From Trichinella spiralis (lineage: Eukaryota), in contig NW_003526943.1 in assembly GCF_000181795.1 (NCBI RefSeq), forward strand, positions 62,043 through 126,000: a stretch of 63,958 nucleotides of DNA. Reading direction: 5' to 3'. Shown one piece after another: positions 53,409 through 63,958 of the stretch. The notes under the pieces are model-generated. The model saw only the letters and a program-made list of their open reading frames with translations. It was not told where the DNA came from and did no database searches. The translations under genes were made by a program, and so were the position numbers. The first letter of the stretch is position 1. Each line of letters starts with the position of its first letter.

Positions 53409-54343
53409 GGTTCAAAAGAACGTACTTAATACTATATTATTATTAATGCATGTTAGCTTATTTTCACTGCATACGCGTATATTTATCTGAATGAAAAATT
53501 TGAAGTAAAATAATTTTCAAATTTCAACTGAAATTTTTTTATAATTGTAATATCCAATTAAAAGAAAAGCGATTGAAATGAATTATTGAATGAAATGCAT
53601 TTTATTCAATAATATATCAGCACAATCAATTCTTCTTGTGTATTTGCATCAATTTTAAATGCATTACTATTAAAGCGTTAACTCGGATTTTGATTTATTT
53701 TTCAGTTTTATTAATTTTTTGACAAAATTTTAATTAACATAATTATTCTTATAATAAATAAAAGCTTGTGTGTAAAACATCTAATTCTACATATTTCTAC
53801 AGTAAATTGATTTTTTTTGCAAACAAGTGATTGAAAATTTTTACTACCACAACAAATAAACTTTACGACGATAATGCAAAATTATCATCACTATTACATT
53901 GAAGATTTGGTAATTAAATTATCATTTCATTACACATATGCATGCATATAGCTCTCGTTGTGAAATTGTTTATTTGCTTGCTTCCTTATCTATTGTGATT
54001 GTTAAATTGCTAATTTTTTTTCAATTGTGTAAATTTCACATCTTTAAAATAAAAAAATTGCCAAATAATAATATAAAAATTTTTTTCGAAGATTTAAGTT
54101 TTTAACGTGGATATTTTCAACATGCCAAGTTCAGTTGAAAAAGAAAAACATGCATGCATTCACACATATTATGATGATGATCATGAGATGAAAACAGTTT
54201 TTATTTTACAAAAGGTACAAATTCACCCGTAACAATGGAAAAAGCTTAAACTCCACGTTTGTCTTGCTTAGACGTAGGGGAGTTTGTACAGTTGTAAACG
54301 TTTTTTTTTTCTTTTCATTTCTATTTAACAACAAAATAACAGC

Positions 54344-54402
<59 letters not shown>
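54344..54402. repeat. (AAT)n microsatellite
   Basis: Perfect trinucleotide run of ~19 units. Confidence 0.95.
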
Positions 54403-54404
<2 letters not shown>

Positions 54405-54674
54405 ATACCGCTTCTTACGTTGTTTAACTGACAACAGAACGGTTGCAATGAGTCGACTTAGAACATTCCCGTATCTTGTAACAGATGAGTCATATCATAC
54501 AGCAGCTTTACGTTTGAAACGATAACTCTAGAAACTGCAACTACAAGTCAATTTCCTTCCATAATTCGAATTGGCACACTAATAATGGAAGAGAAAAGCA
54601 AAAAAAAATAATAAACACATTCTTAAAAAGATCAAAGTTTTTGAAAAAAAGTGTAAGAGTGATGATGGTAGTGG

Positions 54675-57346
54675 TTAGTTTTTCTCATAAATGGGATATA
54701 ATATTCGTTCATTTCTCTGCGGTATGAGCGTCACCATATCGGATGGTATTCGCTTAAGATCATTGTATTTAGCTAATAGACGACCATCTTGAACGTACAG
54801 TAGAGCAATGGAAGCTAAAATCAACAATGACACAACACTGAGCAAGATACCAAATACAGAAATCCAATAATCATTCGAATTGTCGTTTCGACTCAAATGA
54901 CCATAAACTGTTCCATTGCCACTTTCGCAGTAACTTATTAAATCATCGGCAATTGCTTTTATTTGAATAGAATTTTCTACACACTGAGTCATGGCATCAT
55001 TGACCAACACGTCGCCTTTTTCACGTATCCAATGTGCCAACCAAATCAATTCACAATCGCACCGCCAAGGATTATCTTAAACAAGTGAAAATAGAAGAAT
55101 TTTCTTTTTTAAATGGAATATTATTTCAATAATTTACCTGATAAATCAAGCAAATACAACGAATCTGGCATGTCAGTTAGGGAAGTGTTGTCGATGGTGC
55201 GAAGTTGATTGTCATTGAGATATAATTTTTCAAGTGCTTGAAAATTGACAAGCGCTCGACGATGAAACGCTCTGAGACGGTTGTGGGATACGCTGAGAAC
55301 GTTCAACTGCTCCATGCCGTGAAAGATGTTCTCATCCAGATTGGTCAAATTATTTTCGGATAAAAATAATTTCGACAAGTTGCCCATCGAAGCAAACAAA
55401 CCATCGGGAAGAGATTCAATTTGATTTCTTTGCAATGACAAAACTTCCAAAGTTGAACAGCAACCTTTGAACGCGTCCGGATGCAAATTGGAAAGACGAT
55501 TCGATGCCAAAGAGAGCACCTTCATCGAAGGAAATGACAAAAATTGATTCGCATCCAATTGGACAATTTCATTCTCGTCCAAATAGAACGACTCCAACGC
55601 TTGCAATGCCGAATGAACCTTAATATCTCCGATACGTTGGAATGAATTGTTGTTCAGCAAAAGCTCCCTGAGATTCGGGAGTGTTGGTAAGTGGACCGTT
55701 ACCAAAGCATTTTGACCAAGATTCAGCGACTGCAAATGCAACAGACCATCGAAAGCGCCAAGAGCAATTCTTTCAATATTGTTCCCTTCCAAAGTGAGAT
55801 ATCGAAGATTTTTCAAACCGTTGAAAACGTTCACTTCGACCAATTGCAAGTTATTGTAAGCCAAGTTGAGCGTTTCCAAATTTTCCAAATAACGAAAAGC
55901 ATCTTCTTTGATAATCGAAATGTTGTTGTGATGCAAATTTAGTGTTTTCAATTTTGAAAAATTTCCACCAAACGAACTGGGACCAAGTTGAGAAAGTTGA
56001 TTTGAACTCAAATCCAAAACTCGAAGATACGCCAAACCTTCAAACAAGGATGCGTCGACACGGTAGATAATGTTGCTTTTCAATATTAGCACTTCCAAAC
56101 TGTTGCCGAGATTTTTGAAAACGTTGGGAAAAAACTGCCCAACGTGACTTCCTTCGAGTATGAGGTTTTTCACTTGCAACTTTGCGAACAGCTTCTGCGG
56201 CACCACTGGCACCAAGCTATCCCATATCCAAAGTTTGTGCAATTTTGTATCGTTCGGCAAAGCATCCAAAGCGCGATAAATGGCCGGCATCCGCTCTCGA
56301 GTACAGCCTATCCATGGCAACGGATCAAGAATAGTGGAAGAATTATTTTCCAAATGGACAACATGTTCCGCTATGTGGAGACCACCGGATCCAACTCCAG
56401 AGGCAAAGCATCGACATGCGTCACCCTGAACATTCAGGATGGCATTGATTGACGTACAAACGTCAACATCCACCACCACACGAGAAGAAGAAGAAGAAGA
56501 GTGCGGGATGCTTCCTGAGGCAACAAATGATGCAAAACAAAGCAAAAGTAAACTCTGTGCAATTTTCTCCTAAAACATATACAATATTATTATTACGGCA
56601 TATAGCAAGTTTAATTTTTTCCAATAATAAGTGTCAAATTCGTATTTTCATTACTTTGCTGAATGCGAAATTAGCAAAACGACAATTCATCATTGCACAT
56701 AGAAACATTGCCAGGAAATTGATGAAATGAAAACTATTTTGACGAATAAATAAATTATTTGAACACAGCGAACAGAAGAAAGAATATACGATGATATAAT
56801 GTATGTTGGAGATATGGAATGTTGGAGAAATAAATCGCAAACAACCGCTACTCTGATTGAACGGCTGGAATAAATGTGCAATTACAGATCAGCACGATTG
56901 ACTTAAAAAGAAGAAAAACGTGCCTCCAGGTTAAGCTGAACTTGTTTTCACCGTGTTCCTTATGCATTAAAAATCTCGACTATACAACGGCGCCTGGCAC
57001 ATGACAGCAAAATAGCAGACGGTTGAGAGGCGGATTTACTTGTACCTTCGTCTAACTCAACCATCTGTTCCTTCGTTGGAACAAATTAACATACTTTCCA
57101 CGCTTAATCTGACAAAATAATACAAGTTCGTATTGAAAAAATGGGTCTAAATGTAGTCACCGTCTAGCACTTTACGGAATTCGGTCACTTTTGTCAATAT
57201 CTATACTTCTATTACTCAAATTATATCGGTCATTCTAGAATATTTAAACAACATTTTGCATCATATTGCATCATTATTCTGCAACAGATTTATTTCATTT
57301 TCCATTTTTCGCCACATTGGAGAAACAAATAAATCAAAATATAAAA

Positions 57347-57382
<36 letters not shown>

Positions 57383-59005
57383 GACAAATCATATCAAAAA
57401 TTTGGAATAAAAAATATAATATTCTAAATTTAAAAATAACTTTAATGTTAGAAATTAATTTTGAAAAAAAATTTGCGGTCCTTAATTTATAAAAAATGAA
57501 AAGAAAACAAAAGTTTTTATATTCGTTGTAGAGTTACAGCTACAGAGGTTTTTCTTTAAAAATTAGCATCTAGGCTCTCTTTCTCCTCTCAAGTAAATAA
57601 ACTTGAACTTCAAAGATATGAAACAACAATAAAATAAATCAGTATTTCAAATTTAATACATATATACATGGTATGTACAAAAATTATGAACAATGAATGA
57701 TATAAATAAGTGAAAAAGCAAAAATAGGATGATATTCAAAAGAAATTTTTTTTATAAATTTCAAATTGATTATTTATCGTGTCTGTCAATTGTTAGCTGT
57801 TCAAGTTCGAATTTGACTATTTTTATACTGATCTAATGAAAAGAAGAAGACTGTGACCTTTACAGATGAGCAGTACTGAGTTAAAAAAATTGCATTTCTC
57901 TGCTACAAGACAACACTAACATTTCAATATAAAAAAATAATCAAGGTCAAAAATATCTATTCAAAAAGAAAACGGAATTTTGAAAAAAAATTATATATAT
58001 TATTTTTAGTATTTTGACGAATAAATTGATAAAAGGAAAAAGTAGAATGCAATGACAAGAAGATATTCAAGTGTAAGCTTAAAATTAATACAACTGAGAG
58101 ACTTGAGAACATTGGCATAGAGTAGTAGAAATATATATAAATGTCGTTCCTGTTTCCTGTATGTTCCTACAGTCAACGGAATGTTGAAGATAACTTTATT
58201 AAGCCAATTTTGATATAAAAATACAGTGCCAGTTTGTTCCTCACTTCTACCGACTGAAAAATTCTACTGACCTACTGTCCCTGTGTTTTGCTCTCAATTA
58301 GCCGCTCAACATTTCAATTGACAAACACGTGAGGAAAAAGAGAAACTAGTTTCAACTGACTTGTGATAAAAATTGATAAATCACCGTTTGAAAAATGAAA
58401 CAATATTATTCAATGAAATATTATTTATTTTACATTTTAAATAAACTTTTATAAAATACAATTTGTCAAAGTTCCCGCTTTTGAAACTGCACAATATGTA
58501 TAACAAATGGAAATTAAATACATGCGACCGCATGATAAATTGAATTAAATTTATCTTGATTAATATGTAACTTTCTGCAGTTTTAAAATTATAATTTGAA
58601 CAAAAAAGCATTAAAAATGTGGAAAAAAAATCAAATATTACAGAGCAATGGAATTATGTAAGCGATAGTAGAATAAAACAATTGGAATAAATAGTAAAAT
58701 ATGCAAATAAAAGAATTAACATTTTACGATGGATTAATTAATTGTTTGCATTTGAAATAAACAAATTATAAAAGAAAAGACGAAGATCAAAATTGATGAA
58801 AACGATATTTGAACATGCAAATCAAATACAAATTTCACGATGAAATACTGTTGTTACATATGTATAGTATGAAAATTACGATCGATCGATAATTATTATT
58901 TTTTTTCATATTGTGCATGTATATATTGAATAATATTATAAAATAAATATTGAACACAATAATTTAAAATAAAAAAAGAAAGAAAAAATAACATACGTTC
59001 GTCAT
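54675..59005 (-). CDS. Single-pass type I membrane leucine-rich-repeat protein (~613 aa)
   Basis: Exons 58997-59005 (MTN, GTATGT donor; less certain), 55138-56569, 54675-55075. Signal peptide, Cys-capped N-terminus, ~15-16 LxxLxLxxN repeats, LRRCT NPWRCDCELIWLAHW, TM helix WISVFGILLSVVSLLILASIALLYV and a short cytoplasmic tail. Confidence 0.9.
57352..57379. repeat. (CA)n microsatellite
   Basis: Dinucleotide run in an intron of the LRR gene. Confidence 0.9.
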
Positions 59006-61746
59006 GCTGGCAAACAGTGAATGCATAAGAGGACAGAAAATTGTAGTTGATGATGAATCATGGAAAGTGAACAGAAGAGAAAAATTGCTACTATTTGTCA
59101 AAATCCAACAAACGGATATATGCCGTGATTGTGATGTGATGTAATTTTAATGCAGACGATAATAATGATAATAAATAATAAGTTGTTGCTGTTGTTTGTT
59201 GTTGTTGTTGTTGTTGTTTAGTTGTTTAGTATATGTGATTTGTTGTCGATGAAAACAATTCCAATGATCACTTGATTGTGATTGAATACAAGTTGCAGGA
59301 GGAACCTGCGCTCGTGTTCCAAAATAGAATAAGAGAACGTCGGTCGTCTGTGAACAATGCTGGCCGTACCTGGTACGAACAAAACACGTTACTACAGAAG
59401 CGGAAAGGCAATGACACAGATCTGTTCGGTCGCCACCGTATGACGGCCACTTGCCCGTCAGCACTTTGGCATTGTCGTATGTTAGCTGAATACGAGTGGG
59501 TGGTTGATTGTATAATTTCTTTATTTAAAATGACAAATAAACATTACAGTAATAAATAAATAAATAAATAAATTTTTTCTTACTTCACTCACCTTGTATC
59601 TCTCTCTCTCTCGATTTCTATTGATGCAAGTTGTTTGTGCAACAGTTGGATATAATCAGTATATATTGAAGCAGTAATTGTTGTTGACTTGCAGTTGTTG
59701 AAAAAATATCGCGATGGTCATTTCTATTCGAGAAACAACGAAAAAATTATTCTGAAAAGCAGGTGAACATGAATGCGTTAAGCATGAAAAGAAAAATAAT
59801 AAAAATCCATGAACGCGTTCGTTTATATTTTATCAGTCAGTCAATTTCAGCTGTGCTTATTATTGATGATAAGATTGGAAGAGTAATAATGAAAAGAAAA
59901 TCTACCGCATAAAGCTTTATACATACATACACATTCGCTTCACACTTAAATATATATATATGTGTGTGTAGACAGATAGATATTATTAGTTAACCAACAA
60001 ACCAACCAATAGCTGATATAACAACCAACATCTGTCGATCGATCAATGCTTTTCTGAAGCTTCTTTCTCTTCAACATTTGTCGACAATTGATTTTATAAA
60101 ATAGCAACAATTAATCAATAATGGAAGAAAAAGAATGCAAATATGAGGGAACATAATTTTTCTCACGTGATATTTTGTAGTGTAGCAAAAATTTTTTTTA
60201 AATAAACCACTGGAAAGTGAAGAATAAATTCATATTGAACAAAAAAGTAACTGACTAGTTAGCTTAATAATAATAACAAAACTGACTAGCTTTAACAACT
60301 AACCAACCAAGTGACCAATTTTGAATTGCAAATTTGCTTACCAGTTGCTTTTGCCCCTGGTAAGCAATTTTCAAGCGAAAGGAAGAAATATTGCGCCAAC
60401 TGGCTTTGCATTGCTAAATGCGAATTTCAAAGCTAACAAACAATTTCGCTTAGCAATGAATTTTCAGACGAAGCTCCATCTGCCTGCACGCATAGTATAT
60501 GAAGCATGTGTCACGTGCATATACACACACACACACACCACACGGCAGGCTAGAGCTGAGCACACGACGTGTCAATAGAACAACTGCTTTCTTCCCCCCC
60601 CTCTTCAAATTGAATTTACCTCTTTTCATCTGCCTGCTTTCCTCCCTCCTACCCCTTTCCCCCACATCCCACATCCCATACCCTTCATCTTGTCCAGAGA
60701 GCAACTCTACCAAGATGATGAAGATTTCTTCAACCTGATTTCGCAAATCCAAACGACCTGAACAAATATATACATCAAAATGCCTTCCACAAACAAAAAT
60801 AAAAATACAATCGAATTCACTATTAGTAATAATAATAATAAATTTAACCAAAAAGCAGAAAAGAAAAAATATCTCATTCATCAACAAGTCACACACTTCA
60901 TATTTCTTATCAACGTTCCAAACAAACACAATTTATAGTAAAATAAATTTTTTAAATTAATAAAAGAAAATAAATATTTCTTTATTCGCATCAGATAATA
61001 AACAGTATATGGAAATTTCTTCTCAAATGTGAAACTTGCAATCGGAACAATAAAAAACCAAATTTATAAGTTTCAAATACAATTTATAATTTGTAAATTA
61101 AATAACAATTAAAATTTTAAAAATTAATCTTTACATATTTGACAAACAATCATCGTTTTCGATATTTATTTGCATTGATACATTTCCTAATTTGCATTCC
61201 TAGTTGCATAATGCAATTGTTTTCTTCTCTGAAATACAGAAATTTCGATACTGAAAAATATTCCATCTAACTTTACCGTTCGTTCATTTTTTTGTTTAAT
61301 TTTAATTGCAAAAAAAATCCATATTCCAAGATGAGAAATATTTTTTATATTCTGTTTTTTTCCATGTCCTCTGGCAGTATCGGCAGAAAAAAAGAGTTGT
61401 GGGACTGCAACCTTGAAGGGCTGGGAAATGATTCAGAACTCGCGACGTCAAATTTGGAAATTCAGGTAACCAAAAAACTATATTCAGCAAAATTTTTTTA
61501 TTGTCTAAAAAATTTAATTGTATAATGCAAAAAAATCGTCGTCTTATTCAAAGAAAAAAATTGTATAACTTGGTTTTTCCATTTATTAAAAAAAAATTTT
61601 TTGCAAAACATGCATTTCGCTTTTGTGAAATTTGCAATTGCAATTGAGCACAAAAAGCAGAGCAACAGCAAAATGTTTGTTCTGAGAAATAATTTTTGCA
61701 AAAAAAAATAATTTTCCATTTTGCTACACTCGTTTTTTTGAAACTG

Positions 61747-61792
<46 letters not shown>
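61747..61792. repeat. (ATT)n microsatellite
   Basis: Perfect trinucleotide run. Confidence 0.95.
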
Positions 61793-61793
<1 letters not shown>

Positions 61794-62413
61794 ATAGAAT
61801 TTTAATTTTTTTCATTACAGTTCATGTCATTCTTCTTAGAAATGCGTTATTTTAAATTTTTCATTTTTTCACTTCTCAAGCATACATCATTTTACGTAAC
61901 AGGAAATTCATGAAATGAATATTCACAAAAAACTGCATAAACTGTTGCATAATTTAATTTTTTATTGTTTCAAATAATAATTTACACTATAATTTGTAAT
62001 AGTGAGTGAGATCAAAGATGCTGTTTTGTTAAAAACTTTTCGAACAATCTCATTGAAAAAGAATCAGAATGCCTGATTCATTAATTAACTGAAATACTGA
62101 TCAACTCAAACTTTTAACGGCACTTGAAAATAAATATTGAGCATGGTATACTTTATAGTTACAGCATTTGATTAATGGTTTTTATTTAAACTTTAAAAAC
62201 TGTTATTGTCAAAGATAAAAACTATTATTCTACTTATTGCAATTAGCAAATCCAACGACATAACTACATCATTTAATAAATCTCTTTAATATTTATTCAA
62301 AAAACAAGAAAAACATTTTCCAATAAAATGCTGTATATGAGTTTCATAGGAAATTATAGCATTATGCAAAATAATTAAATCAGTTTTTGAAACAATAAAA
62401 AGCAGTAACGGGA

Positions 62414-63769
62414 TCAATTATAAGAAGTATTTCGTTGATTTCTGGAATCAGTTTCTGTACGACTGCACAGCTGATAATTTTTTCCTCTGTTTCTTTCACG
62501 TTTGAAAATATCTACGTAAAGTAATGCAGAAACTAACAAGCCAAATACCTGAAACGTGAAAACCCACTATGTATAAGCATATTATAATCTATGAATATGA
62601 TATTACCTGAATACACGCCAAAAATATACCCATCGCGCCAACAAGTTGCATATGTTCTAATAACCAATCACTAAATGCTTCATAGCATCCCTGAAAGCAA
62701 ACTTTCAACATTTACAACAAAGAATTCAATATTCTCATAATTTCATGTAGAATAAAATATTGAACAGTTTTTTAATTTAAAATATGTTCAGTTCTATCTT
62801 GTAAAGATGCATCGTGACAATTCATTTTCCCAATAAAACATTTTCGCTTACCTTTTGGAACAATATGTTCGGCTTATTAATGCGCCCACAATTAATCATG
62901 CTTCCATTTTCATGAAAAAATGATGGATCACAGCAACTTTCTGGCACTTTACCAGCCCAGTCTTTATAACTTTCGGCTCCGCAACATTTAAACTAAAATT
63001 AATATAATTATTCGTAAAGTAACTTATATTTTTATATTACAATAAAAATACATACTTTTGACTGAAGAGTGTCCCAACTGATGCGCAATCCTTTCGAATC
63101 ACGTGCATGTTCGGATACATACGGTGCAAGAAGATGATTACGCAATTCTAGTCGTATTATTTCCGTCATCTACATTAAAAATCAACATTTCATTATGCAT
63201 ATTTTAAATATTATTATACTAACGTAGTAATAACAGTAAAAATTTATGTTCAATTACCTCGCTTTTATAAATAAAAGCCAAAACTGCTGCTGTTAGTTCA
63301 ATTATGAATAGCAGTACAACAAGAATCATATACTAAACATTTAAATGTGAGAAATTAATGATATATAAACATGTATATATATAATTACTAAAATAATGAA
63401 ACTGCGATTTTCAGCCCAAACGCCACAGCATCCAACAAAGCCAACAATAATAATTGTGGCGCCGGCTGCTCCAAATAATGCTGACGCGCTATATGCACCA
63501 AATGCATGAGATGTCAAATCTGAATAATCCGTTCTTTCTGTGTATAACCAAATACCTATTCCAAGTGAAACAAGACCAAGGATCTATAATGAAAATTTCA
63601 TGATATAAGTATAACACTTTACATTTTAAATAATATTTTTAAAGGAGTAAAATGTAAATTAGCAATAAATACTTACCCAAGTAACAATATTGAAACAATA
63701 CAAAAAGCTTCGAATGAAAGCAGAAGTGCAGCGAACTTCAAACCACCGTATTAAATTTAATTTTGGCAT
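62414..63769 (-). CDS. Tetraspanin (~278 aa)
   Basis: Phase-0 exons 63677-63769, 63389-63583, 63258-63332, 63056-63169, 62852-62992, 62607-62690, 62414-62548. Four TM helices, GFVGCCGVWAEN, and EC2 motifs WDTLQSKFKCCG, DW, PESCC, GC. Confidence 0.95.
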
Positions 63770-63958
63770 CTGTTGAAATTTGTAGTACATATCAAACATT
63801 TCTAAAAAAATACCTAATAATAATATGCACCAAATACTGAATATAAGATCTAACTGCTTGAATTGCAAAATATCTGAAGTAAAAACAAATCAATTTTCAA
63901 AATTTACCAGAATTTTTAGGCAAAAGTGTATTTCAAGAAATTCATATAAAAAACAAAA

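Noticed and set aside
54206..54448. Poly-Tyr ORF (and similar poly-Asn ORFs at 59147 and 61498)
   Set aside because: Artefacts of trinucleotide microsatellites.
1..63958. CRISPR arrays, tRNAs, rRNAs, SL RNA genes, intact transposons
   Set aside because: None recognised by eye; divergent SL RNAs or short elements could have been missed.

Overview
AT-rich, intron-rich eukaryotic DNA. It is most likely a clade I nematode such as Trichinella; this is inferred from base composition, short introns, a nematode-type U1 snRNA loop and the gene content, not from a database search. In order, the window holds: an unexplained ~600-nt highly base-paired segment (~1000-1610, probable + strand ncRNA); two tandem coiled-coil + BEN-domain (BANP-like) paralogues; ETHE1 with two GC-AG introns; a U1 snRNA gene; glutamate decarboxylase (unc-25); a tau/MAP2-like gene (ptl-1); a divergent SLC35D-like nucleotide-sugar transporter; a large secreted EB/Kunitz/Lustrin-repeat protein; exon 1 of a myostatin/myoglianin-like TGF-beta cut off by an N-gap; the 3' end of a coiled-coil gene; essential myosin light chain with a probable alternative first exon; FAIM; a single-pass LRR protein; and a tetraspanin. 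Exon boundaries were assembled by eye from splice signals and reading-frame continuity. Family calls are from remembered motifs. The best candidates for something undescribed are the structured RNA-like segment and the BANP-like gene pair.
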